Assembly: GCA_051362555.1 (NCBI GenBank)
Contig: CM120649.1
Span: 17,002,567-17,066,566, forward strand
Source of the DNA: Lingula anatina
Taxonomy: Eukaryota > Animalia > Brachiopoda
Reading direction: 5' to 3'
Length of the DNA: 64,000 nucleotides
This document shows positions 54,401-64,000 of the stretch, piece after piece. The position numbers and the translations under genes were made by a program. The notes under the pieces were generated by a model. It did no database searches, was not told where the DNA came from, and worked only from the letters and a program-made list of their open reading frames with translations. Positions within the stretch are counted from its first letter, which is position 1. Each line of letters opens with the position of its first letter.

Positions 54401-57400
54401 TCCAGGTAGCAAAGGTTTCCGTGGCAACCCTGGTCTGCCAGGCCTGGATGGTGATCTAGGTCGCCGTGGAGACCCTGGAACTCCAGGGTTTGACGGACAG
54501 CCAGGAATTGATGGTGTTAGAGGTGAAGATTACTTTTTCTTTTACGATTTCAACAGTTCTAAGGTATACAATACAGGTTTAAACTTCATATGGCGTGAAA
54601 AAATGAAATAGGTTTATTCATTCCGTTTTTCAGCAGTTTTGCCATTGTAACCAACTGGGGTTTGTCTTTTATGTTATTCATAAGCTTAAGGTTTATAATG
54701 TGGCTAGGTAACAAATTAAAAGTCTTCGAACCTTTTCTGTCTAATAAACGCAAACCTTTGTATGTACAGACACAAAATTGACAGTAACCTATTTTATGCA
54801 TCATTATATTCTGCTTTTTGTCTGTACATTTGACAGCTTTGCTGCCTTGTTAATGATTTAATCTGAACTTCAGGTCCAAAGGGAGAAGTGGGAGAGCCTG
54901 CGCCTCAGTTTAGCAGGGTTGGACCCAAGGGTTTCCCTGGAGACCCCGGACCAAACGGATTCCCAGGACTCAAGGGACAGCCTGGAGATGTGGGGCCCAA
55001 TGGTGAATATGCAAATGAAATAAATAAATTTCCTGGAAGATTTATTTTAAAAAGCAACCGAGCAAAGAAAGATCTATTTTCTTAGGCTGGATCCTTGATG
55101 GAGCTTTTATTCTTTTCAGTTCTGTTTGCTTGGTTGTGTCTTTTTATTCAATTATACTGTTTGAAAAAGGAGGCGTATCATCAACGCTAAGGGGAAAAGG
55201 GGTGCCCCCTCCTAGATCAACCTTTTGTGGAAAACTTCAAAAGCAATTTCAATGTTAAAAGGAATTATTGTGGCCGCAGTTTACACATGAATGCAAACAG
55301 AGAAAAATGAGATATTACTAGAGTGATCACTAGATTCAGTTAAAGAACTCTTTAGTGAAGAGGTGCATTGTTGGTGTTGAGGAACCCATGAATATATTAT
55401 TGGCAATTGTCAGAATACCTTTATTTTCTCATCAGCCAATGATTTCTCCATGCAGGTTTCCCTGGTCTTCCGGGCATGCCAGGCACAAAGGGCTTCAGAG
55501 GTGAAGATGGTCCCAATGGCCTTGATGGTCGTCCTGGAAACCAAGGCTCAAGGGGATTGGATGGAGTTGGCGGTTTCCCTGGTAACAGAGGTTCCATTGG
55601 CCCACCTGGGATGATAGGGAATCCAGGGCTGCCTGGGGGTAATCCAGGCTTCCTGCTCACAAGGTATCAGACTTGATTACTGTCTGTTGACTACAGCATA
55701 TGAGTCTTTTTAAGATGCATTTCAAGTATTTTTGTATGAGTATTTCGGCTAAACCTGACCAAATGCATCCATACTGTTTCAAATAGTATTTTATGCAGTA
55801 GAACATTATCAGAGAATTTTTTCTGCTTTAAATATGTGCTTTATGGACTGGTAGATCAGATGTACTACTGGAGAATTGAAGATTGTGCATTTTAAAAGTA
55901 TTTTTCTGATGACCAAGAAAGAATAAATTTGAGATATTTTTCCCTTCAAAAGTGTAAATGAACAGTCTGTAACATCTTTCAGACATAGCCAAAGTACAGC
56001 AATTCCAGATTGTCCATTTGGGTTGAGAAAAATGTGGGATGGTTACTCCCTGTTGTTTGTCCAAGGTAATGGCAGGGCCACAGGACAAGATCTAGGTGAG
56101 TGTGACATCTTTATTTTGCAAATATGATTAAAGTATTTTGTCAAATATATTAGCTGTATGGCTGATGACTTTGTTTCTATTTCGTAGTTCCACGATCAGC
56201 TGGTCTGCAGGTAGGAGTGTTCTCAGTGATCAAAGTACATTACTGGCTTTCCATATAGAAATAACAGCATGTATTGCCCATTTTTCTATTCCTGTCTGTT
56301 TTCTCCAGGCTCAGGAGGCAGTTGTCTGCGCCGTTTCAGTACCATGCCATTCATGTTTTGTAACCTGAACAACGTGTGCAACGTGGCTTCAAGAAATGAC
56401 TACAGTTACTGGCTGTCAACACCAGAGCCCATGACACCCATGATGAACCCAGTCAGAGGGGGACAGATACAGCCATTTATTAGCAGGTGTACAGTTTGTG
56501 AGGCTCCCTCTCTGGTGAGTAGGCACGGATATTGTTTTACGTTTTTGCTACCATGAATTTTCTTACACTGTGTACTGGTAAACCACTGCTATTATTAGCC
56601 CAGTAAGACCTTGTTTACCCCTGCAGAGATTTCATAATATTTGATGGATTTGCAGTTTGTTTGTTTCATTGATTGATTGATTCATTGATTGGTTGGTTGA
56701 TTAATTGATTGATTGAGTATTTAACAGCTGTTTTATACATAGGCATGTTGATTTGAATCTGGGAGCTTAAATCATGCTCATTTTATGGCAGCTGTCACAG
56801 GGTGTTCCATATATATTCATGTTTTAGGTGATGGCTGTTCATAGTCAGAGCTTCCAGGTGCCCAACTGCCCCAGAGGATGGAAGGGGCTCTGGATTGGAT
56901 ACAGCTTTGCTATGGTAATACACTGGCAGGGATGCCCACAGACATTTCAGACACACAAATGACCTTTTCCAGTAAAAAAAAACTAGTGACATGGAATATT
57001 AACATGTCTCATTTATGTTGATTTTATAGTAATTTCCAAACACATGGTCACCCACACACCATTGTACTGACTATTTCAAAAAATGCCATAGAAAGCAAGC
57101 AAGATAAACAGTTATAACTTTGTATATTGATGAAAATGAATGAAGAAAATTCATTTCAGTACTTGTACAAATTTTAACTTCCATATTCACAATGTTTATA
57201 CAAGCATCACACAAGAAAGTAAAAAATAGGATACAGTTAGATATGAATAAATCATGATGCCTCTTTTCTGTTTGTTAGTTTGGTGTGATCACAAGCACAT
57301 TGCATTGCTTATGTTGCAAGTCTGGGATACATATACAATATACACAGTATATATTAAAAGTAACACATAATATAGGCAACATTGTCACATAAATACTATT

Positions 57401-57761
57401 TGATACAAATAGATACATCAACAGGTGAAATGGATACAATAAGATACACTGACAGGATGTAAATAGATACAATTGGTTACATTGTTTCTTTTCCACATTC
57501 CAGCAAGCAGCAGCAGGAGCAGAGGGGTCAGGCCAGGCTCTCCAGTCTCCAGGCTCATGTTTAGAAGACTTCAGATACACCCCTTTTATAGAATGCCATG
57601 GAAAAGGCACATGCAATTACTATGCCACAGACCTTAGCTTCTGGCTGGCTGCAGTGAGCGAGAGAGACAATTTCAGGCGGCCTATACCAGAGACAATTAA
57701 AGCTGGAGATTTGAAAAATAAAGTCAGCCGTTGCCAAGTGTGTATGAGAGTGGTTAGATAG
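27816..57761 (+). CDS. COL4A1: Collagen type IV alpha1-like chain, complete, 39 coding exons, about 1762 aa
   Basis: All exons have GT-AG boundaries and compatible phases: 27816-27902, 32269-32325, 33272-33406, 33893-33937, 37084-37146, 41052-41132, 41553-41636, 41831-41893, 42488-42565, 42964-43119, 43426-43488, 43739-43837, 44198-44251, 44578-44671, 45035-45157, 45510-45815, 46328-46399, 46703-47001, 47507-47675, 48145-48255, 48639-48853, 49157-49307, 49672-49785, 50046-50306, 50636-50797, 51243-51338, 51692-51781, 52126-52259, 52634-52940, 53141-53194, 53414-53599, 53968-54101, 54378-54522, 54874-55002, 55456-55663, 55983-56095, 56309-56514, 56828-56914, 57504-57761 (sum 5289 nt). Encodes the signal peptide [29 protein letters not shown], 7S cysteines [25 protein letters not shown], interrupted Gly-X-Y including a CGQC interruption, and a C-terminal NC1. 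The alpha1 class is inferred from the NC1 sequence and exon layout. Confidence 0.95.
28739..28995. mobile_element. Fold-back MITE family A, copy 2
   Basis: Same palindrome in the opposite orientation (judged by the asymmetric centre), with a TAA/TAA target duplication. Confidence 0.9.
29011..30489. mobile_element. Non-autonomous DNA transposon with 15-bp TIRs and 6-bp TSD (hAT6-like), probably containing nested fragments
   Basis: CAGTGCACTCGTTAG ... CTAACGAGTTTACTG (13 of 15 complementary), flanked by AATAGT on both sides. CpG-rich interior with no ORF. Confidence 0.78.
32340..32366. repeat. (GA)n microsatellite just after exon 2 of the alpha1-like gene
   Basis: Direct reading. Confidence 0.9.
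35805..36066. mobile_element. Older MITE family D with about 75-bp imperfect TIRs
   Basis: GGCCCTGTTCAGAACA...TGTTCTGAAAGCTCCC with TAT/TAT flanks; a partial homologue lies at 50322-50450. Confidence 0.7.
36097..36311 (+). mobile_element. MITE family B, copy 2
   Basis: 215 bp with a TAA/TAA target duplication; near-identical to 24196-24410. Confidence 0.88.
37217..37384 (+). mobile_element. Short MITE family C, copy 2
   Basis: CAGGGGCGGATCCAG...TCCGCCCCTG with TTGGG/CTGGG flanks; interior aligns with copy 1. Confidence 0.8.
37871..37939. repeat. (CT)n(CA)n compound microsatellite
   Basis: Direct reading. Confidence 0.95.
41505..41550. repeat. (ATT)n microsatellite abutting a splice acceptor
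   Basis: Direct reading; followed immediately by AG|GGAGAG. Confidence 0.95.
42788..42837. repeat. (CA)n microsatellite
   Basis: Direct reading. Confidence 0.95.
45333..45424. repeat. (CA)n microsatellite, about 45 units
   Basis: Direct reading. Confidence 0.95.
45908..46192. repeat. Compound inverted repeat containing two degenerate hammerhead-like motifs (possible Penelope-like element relic)
   Basis: 45908-45957 is complementary to 46030-46079, and about 45958-46065 is repeated in inverted form at about 46089-46192. CTGATGA occurs at 46006 (+) and 46144 (-). Confidence 0.7.
48250..48530 (+). repeat. Approximately 36-bp minisatellite starting at an exon donor
   Basis: Repeated AGGTTGTCATGT...AAGATTCAG units; ACCAG|GTAGGTTGT occurs three times. 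Confidence 0.85.
50322..50450 (+). mobile_element. Truncated copy of MITE family D
   Basis: GGCCGCATTCAGAATAGATGATCTGCGGACTA...CCCCACTTGAAAA...TAATCCCCT matches the left half of 35805-36066. Confidence 0.65.
51872..52020. repeat. Approximately 21-bp minisatellite (ACACAATGTCTTTTACATCTA-like)
   Basis: About seven degenerate tandem copies. Confidence 0.8.
55642..57761 (+). other. COL4A1: NC1 (tandem C4) domain exons of the alpha1(IV)-like chain
   Basis: Reads [17 protein letters not shown]...[19 protein letters not shown]...[44 protein letters not shown]...[10 protein letters not shown]...VMAVHSQ...[26 protein letters not shown]...[24 protein letters not shown]. The cysteine pattern is that of collagen IV NC1. 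Confidence 0.97.
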
Positions 57762-59262
57762 TAGAATAATTTCGCTCTTCTTCCTGGTAGAATGATAATG
57801 ATAATAATATTGATAAAAGGGGAAATTTGCAAGATAGTTTTTCGTGTAAAACATCTGATGAAGTGAACATGTAACATAAATGAACACTTAGCATAAGCTT
57901 ACTTTTATATGTATCTTATCATCAATTTTTTGCATTCTGAGAATTCAAAGTAGTATAGTTTTACCACTAACATAACATTGATTCTGTAATGTAAAATATT
58001 TTTTTGCCATTTGGGTGTATACTAAAGAATGATATACATATCTAGACACACTTCCGGATAAAGTTGACCTAAATCAGTTACTAAAAAAATTGCTTCATGT
58101 ATGTGTATATAATATGCTGAACAAGACAAGTTTTTTTTACAAAATTGGCCTGCCCTCAGTTTTCTAGGAGAAGTCTGAATTTATAATTTTTCATGTAGGA
58201 ACATGTATGCATGTATACGCATATATAGATGATCCAGTTAGAACTTACTTATTGCTGAATGGTGAATTTTACTTTATCACTTTTAGATTAACACTCAGTC
58301 TGATAATATTTGCCTATACCTCTTTTATAGTCCAAGCAATAACCATATTTTGACAGTATATGCTCAAAAAAGTTTTGTCTTGATTTTAAGTAGTCTTGAT
58401 TTTAATTAGTCAAAGAAATATTTAATAATGTTATGTGATTAAACAGCCAGTCACTGCCAGAGTCAAATTTATTAAAATTATTTCTGATCTGTTTGCCAAA
58501 ATGTTTGATGATCATTGTACATTTCAAACTTGCATATATGTAAAATATTCTTATGTAATTATATAGCTTGCGGTTTAATATATCTATATAGTTTTTTTTT
58601 CTTTTATGTTATGTACATGTAGATGAGGATTGAAATGTAATCATTGTATTTTACTTTGGGACTTAATGTCTTACACCAGGATAAGTAAGACTGGATAAGG
58701 GTTTCACCAGTTCACTCAGGCAGGTCAGTATATGTGGCCTGGACTTTGCTTATTAGAAACAAGTGATAATCATGTAGTGATGAAGTCTTCACATTTGAAG
58801 GTATTCACAAACTCTTCAAGCCAATGGCGAATGGGTGGCAGTGAAAATGCAATTCACAACAGATATTATGTCCAATATCTTTTTTCCTGTCACTTTAGGT
58901 CTTTGTTAACATGGCACGTTGCTCAACCCCCAATGTCAGACTCCTGTTGATTTCTGAAAACACGTTTCTGAAAACTGTAATGTACTTTAATTTACGAACT
59001 TCTGGTTCTTGTTATAATGTTCACGGTTCCATATTGTGCAAAATCTTTGTTTATATAAAAGACACCAGTTACAACTTGGTGTGGTTATACACCATGTATT
59101 ACGTCCTGGGTAAAATGTCAGTGTCTTCCTGCTCAATTATCAAAGTGGTTGAAAAGTTTAATGGGTTTTGGTTTTGTTTAATCTGCACCTTACAGCCATT
59201 CCCAGTTCCCACTGCTTAGCAATATCAGGTGACTGTTACCGAATAAGCCAGTCTTGTCAGAA

Positions 59263-59268
59263 AATAAA
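59263..59268 (+). terminator. Candidate polyadenylation signal of the alpha1(IV)-like gene
   Basis: AATAAA about 1.5 kb after the stop codon, following an AT-rich 3' UTR-like stretch. Confidence 0.4.
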
Positions 59269-59802
59269 TGTGTCCAACAGTTTAATTATTCGTCTGTCAT
59301 AAATGTTCACACCTCACTCACAGTGGCAAAAGAAGCACCACATTCATTGATCAATTTTGTAAAGAATGGGCCTTATTGATTAGAAAAAAGTTACAATAAG
59401 AGGTGTGTAACTGTATTTTATTCAAAATGAGCATAAAAGCGCTTTCCTTGGGAGAAAATACGTGATGATTGTTCCAAGTCTTTTCAAGATGATACGTATA
59501 AGTAGTTATTGCTCAAAACTGTTCAGTGACAACCTTACTGTCTCTTCATTACCTGTCGTCTATTTATGAAAAAAATATGTATTTCTAAAAACGTTTTTGT
59601 TTTATTCCGTAATGGGTTTCACTTTCACTATGAGTAGATGCTTAACATGGCAGTCGAATTACACAGCGCCCCGCGCCCCCTCCCCTAAAAACTTTTTAAG
59701 CGGGATTCGATGAACAAATGATTTGGATTTTAAAAACTACAAACAAGTATGATTATGAATAATAAGAAAAGAACGAGAGAAGAAACCCTATTCTGCAGAG
59801 AA

Positions 59803-59808
59803 TTTATT
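59803..59808 (-). terminator. Candidate polyadenylation signal of the S8 protease gene
   Basis: AATAAA on the minus strand about 90 nt after the TGA stop. Confidence 0.4.
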
Positions 59809-59894
59809 CAGAGAGATCTGCTCTGAGAACATAAAAATCCAATAGGAGTAGATCTAGTACATTAATACGTTATTTCCACAGAAGTGGAAAGTAC

Positions 59895-61852
59895 TCAATT
59901 ATCCAAGCATGGAGTAGACAAAGCTAAATTGCCTTCACTGACACCCGTAAGTTTTCCACGCAATGCGTACTGAATGATGTACTCATTGGCGTAGTTGACG
60001 ACCTGGGCAGAGGGTGAGGTGATAGTCCCGTTATCTCTGAGGACCTGCAACCAGGCAGCCACGGCGCCGGTCACAAACGGAGCTGCCATGGAGGTGCCAC
60101 TCATTTTAGTATATTGATTGTTTCCAGAGAAGTCAGCAGCTTCGATACTCTCACCCGGGGCATAAAGATCTAAACAGGGACCATAGTTGCTGAAACTAGA
60201 CTTTTCAAAGTAGTAATTAAAGGCTCCGACCGTGAGGGCATTGGGAGTGCTAGCAGGAGAGACAGTGCAAGCGCCTTTATTAGAATTACCAGCTGCAACA
60301 ATTGCGGGGATTCCCGCTGCGAGTAGATCATCGACTGCGTCGTTCAGAGAACTGGTGAACGGCCCACCAAGACTGAAGTTAATAACGGAGAGTCGCCCAG
60401 AGCTTTGCACTCTTTGTTTTGCCCACAGACAACTTTCCAATATATCGGAAAGATAGCATCCATAACTTGAACAAACCTTCAGGGAAATGATGTTAGCACG
60501 CTTTGCCACGCCAGAATTGGTTCCGACGATGATACTGGCCACATGGGTACCATGGCCATCGTCGTCAACACTTGCAGATGTAGGCCAGCCTGGAGAAATA
60601 AGAATTAATATAATAAATCAACCATTTTCATGTGTTAAACCTAAAACTGATCAATGTTGAACTTCTTTGATTTGATTTTACTACCAAGGAGCATGAAGGC
60701 GTCTCATTTGGGATGAAGTGAATATTCCGTAAACTGAACAATGGTACAAAATTGGCCCAAATATAACTATCCTGTACTATAAAAACAGACATTTGAGGTA
60801 TATAATGGTAGTTGTATTGTAACTATATTTTATGAGCAGCTATCATATTACAGAAGAGATAACATCCCCATTTCTATTCAGCATTAAGTGAATCCAGATT
60901 TCCCAATGGGAAGATAAATTCACTCTGAGACTCTGATGACAACGCGGAAATACTGTTTTCTTTTTAAACCTAATAATGAAAAAGGCTTGCAAATCAGACG
61001 TTGTTTTCGCTGCAACGCTGCATGAAGACAATCAGAAGGCAACTCACCAATAGTAACTCTCCCTGTGAAATCTTCGTGGTTTGGATTGATGCCTGTGTCT
61101 GCCACATACACATCTATTCCCTCTCCATCGCCCCAGATGTTATACTTGAAACTGTTTAGATTACCATCAAGGGCATCCAACCCCTGCAAGTAAGGGAAAA
61201 TTCAAACTATGAAACTAGCTTTGGAATATTGCCATGACTGTAATTAACAAATTCTTACATAAGGAATTCTAGATATGTACAGTTCTTGTAGAGTCTTGCC
61301 AGAAAGTATATGGAAAAAAACCAAAAGAACACCATGTTGAAATTTAATAAGGTTTATCATAGAAAACCAAACCAACCAAACCACCCTTTAAATTTTTGAG
61401 AGGACATTATAAATCTTTTTGTTTGCTGGACAGTTTTGAGATAGATATTTGCAACTGCACTCGTCAAAAGCAAATTAAATGCACCCTTAACTTCATATAT
61501 TGCTCAGATGTATGACAAAGAGTATGTGACTTTAATCTTACAAGTACATGTGTATTACCAATAGTCAAAACGATTCAAAGATTTAGAAAAGCTTGTTGAC
61601 TTCATGACGGAAAGTGAACTGCTTTAAGAAATCAGAATAATCAACATTCTATAAAGGCATTGGAATTAAATCAAATGAAACCTTTAACTTATAAGGTCGA
61701 TCTTTCTGCATTAACATCAGCATTAACATACCCAATTACGTCTGTCATATGGTATATCATAGGATTTGCAGTATTCCGTGTTTAGTGTTAACTTGACGCC
61801 CTGTTCGATTTCATCAATGACATCGGTGAGTTGACGCAAACTGTCGAGGTTG
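59895..61852 (-). CDS. Secreted subtilisin-like serine protease (peptidase S8A, proteinase K/aqualysin-like); catalytic exons and end of the I9-like propeptide
   Basis: Exons 61852-61732 (...LRQLTDVIDEIEQGVKLTL...RRNW), 61183-61048 (GLDALDG...DGEGIDVYVADTGINPNHEDFTGRVTI) and 60589-59895 (...DDDGHGTHVAS...AAGNSN...SGTSMAAPFVTG...*). The Asp/His/Ser triad and oxyanion Asn are intact, and the phases join (W|G, G|W). Confidence 0.92.
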
Positions 61853-62176
61853 CTTAAAACAATGTTAAATAAACTCATAAACACAGTCACATTTTTCAAA
61901 AAGGTATATGTACTTCCTTGGTGTTAGTAAAAACAAATATAAAATCATTGATTGATGACCAATGCGTATATTAAACATTTTCTCCTTAATTTTTTAGCCC
62001 AAAGTCTTATTTGATCATTAGTTTATAGTGAAGACGATGATAAAATATTTTTATTTATAAATTTTTTTTTAGGAATTTGTAGGACCGGCTGAAAAGAAAC
62101 GGTTAAAATGCGTTGTATCCAACCTTTTACTTATATTTCGCAGAATGACGAAATCCTTTTCTCTATTAAACTTAAC

Positions 62177-63499
62177 TTGTTGTCTTCGTCCAGCTCCTTT
62201 GATGATTCTACGGACTAGATAAATAAAATTATGTTTCTTGTAAATTGTTTACATAATAAATCTATCTAAGGCTACAACAAAGCAGAGATGGATCGGAACC
62301 CAAGCCCATTTTAGAAAAAAACAACAAAGGCACCCAGAAAACACAGACCTTCGCCAGGACAAATAATTAACTAAAATCAACCATTAGTTAACACCTGAAC
62401 CATCACCAAAATCTTGTCACTTTTTTTAATTATCCTGATTATTTCATCAAAACTCGTCCATCCATTTCTGCGTTACGTTGCTAACAGACTACCAAACTAA
62501 TGGAAGAAAAAACATAGCCTCCTTGGTTCATAAGCAGGTCTTTAGCACAATGTGTGAGCTGGAAAAGTGCCTCCTGCTAAAGCCCCCGTCACACTTATTC
62601 GGAATCAACAGGTTTCAAGCAAAACAAGCAGTAGTGACTAAATTAAAAAATTCGTACTACATTCGGGAAGAAATTTCAAATTGACTTAATTCTTGTAAGA
62701 AGGCCGTTGGAATACTCAGAATGCGCTGAATCCGCCTGGAATGATTCGTGGACATTTCGGCTGTATTAGCTCTCAAATGCAGCTGGAATGTAGTTGGAAA
62801 ACTAAAAATATGAATAATGCTGACAGAATGCAGTCAGAATATTTAGAATACACTTCCAATGCCGTACGAGTGTAGTTCGATTGCTGGATGAAATAGGATC
62901 GAGATGCATTCGAGTTGCATTCCGGCTCATTCTAGCTACCCTGAGTGTCAGAGCAACGTAAAAATTAGCTTGTAAATATTAAAATTACCTTGGAGTCATT
63001 TTTACTAGTATTGCTGATATGGGCTATATATGAAATCAAGATCGAGCTGGCAATACCGGAATCTAGAACCTAGGGTAGTTCTAGCAGGATAAGAAGTGTC
63101 TTGCCATTTCTGTTCTCCCTCGAATATGATCAGAATGTGAGAATATTAGGAATGCAGCCATATTGCAGTTAGAAAACTATTCAATTGCCATTCGATAATT
63201 TTCCACTTGGAATGCACTTCGAACGTTTTTAACACGAGCAAAACATTCGGGTCGGCCACAAGAATGGGTAAAAATATTTGGAATGCACTCGGGATTTTTA
63301 GAATGCTCTTCGAATATCCAGGAACGCACAAAGAATTGTCTTTCCGACGACTTTCTTGCTCATGCCGTCTCTAGGGGTATGAGATTCGAAAAGAAAGCGC
63401 TGTACGTCCCATCAGTCAAAAAATAGATCACAAAACAAACACTTTTATTTTACTGAACATTGTTAACGCAACAAAAAGCAAAAGTCTCAGAGCAAACAT
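62177..63499 (-). CDS. Candidate 5' exons (signal peptide and propeptide) of the S8 protease; structure unresolved
   Basis: 63499-63454 encodes the hydrophobic MFALRLLLFVALTMF before a GTAAAA donor. 62214-62177 (SVESSKELDEDN) is phase-compatible with the 61852 exon. 62496-62395 has a good acceptor but an in-frame TAA. A repeat element interrupts the region. Confidence 0.35.
62581..63379. mobile_element. GAATG/CATTC-rich non-autonomous DNA transposon remnant (Harbinger-like)
   Basis: Dense dispersed GAAT(G)/CATTC motifs, left end AGCCCCCGTCACACT after TAA, and a partly deleted right end ...CTAGGGGTA. The classification rests on recalled resemblance to marine-invertebrate repeats, not on a search. 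Confidence 0.5.
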
Positions 63500-63607
63500 G
63501 CTTCAGCTTCATTGCTTTATTTTTTTCCCCCTGGTGCTTGCTTGTAGCGTTTCAACCACAGGGGCGCTTGGTTAGACCACCACAACCACAAATGCTAGAC
63601 GACCTTA

Positions 63608-63833
63608 CAACCCATTTCCATAGATTTTTAGATCGATCTATCCCTGTGGGGAGTCTCACTAGGTTACTGTCAGCTTGGCCGGCTTAAGCGTCTGTCCCGC
63701 CTACTAAAAGCTATAAGGGGGTAATAAACTATGGTGCGCGCTCGTCTGACTGCAATTTAGCGTGAACCCCTAGGGAGTTAGGTCGATCTAAATTTTAATC
63801 CCTGAATCGATCTAAATCTCTGGAAATACACCC
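63608..63833 (+). mobile_element. MITE family B, diverged copy 3
   Basis: Interior aligns by eye with copies 1 and 2 (GGGGAGTCTCACTAG, TCCCGCCTACTA, TTTAGCGTGAACCCC); TTA/TTA flanks. Confidence 0.8.
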
Positions 63834-64000
63834 TTAATGTCCTCTCCCGTTGCCCTGCGATCCAGTAAAATTAAATATACCTTCAGATATAATTATCAAA
63901 GTGACTGTTACACGTAGGGCCAAAAGGATTCAATTTCATTGGCAAGGGATTTGGTTAGATACGTTTACTTACTACGACCGTAGTTTGCACCAGGCAGGAG

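Noticed and set aside
42448-55660. Minus-strand Pro/Gly-rich ORFs overlapping collagen exons
   Set aside because: These are antisense shadows of Gly-X-Y codons. Splice signals and phase continuity support only the plus strand.
62989-63062. Phase-compatible candidate protease exon (SGIASSILISYIAHISNTSKNDSK)
   Set aside because: It lies inside the GAATG-rich repeat element, so it is probably fortuitous unless cDNA shows exonisation.

Overview
AT-rich, intron-rich animal genomic DNA, probably from an invertebrate bilaterian. A lophotrochozoan is a guess from the NC1 motif [10 protein letters not shown] and the repeat style. The window holds a head-to-head pair of type IV collagen genes. The plus-strand alpha1-like gene is complete: 39 coding exons read by hand, 27816-57761, about 1762 aa, with signal peptide, 7S, interrupted triple helix and NC1. 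The minus-strand alpha2-like gene is represented by five 5' coding exons (26367 down to 4705) and runs off the left edge. A convergent, spliced proteinase K-type S8 subtilase gene lies at 59895-61852, with its 5' end unresolved. Introns carry many MITEs (Harbinger/Tourist-like with 3-bp TSDs, hAT-like with 5-6-bp TSDs), micro- and minisatellites, and a degenerate hammerhead-like inverted repeat. Two observations stand out. First, two near-identical inverted MITEs bracket both promoters and both signal-peptide modules inside phase-0 introns, so an inversion would swap leaders in frame. Second, exon-intron junctions are repeatedly tandem-duplicated, and one duplicate offers an in-frame His/Cys-rich insert in the 7S domain. 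Exon calls are manual, and no database searches were run.
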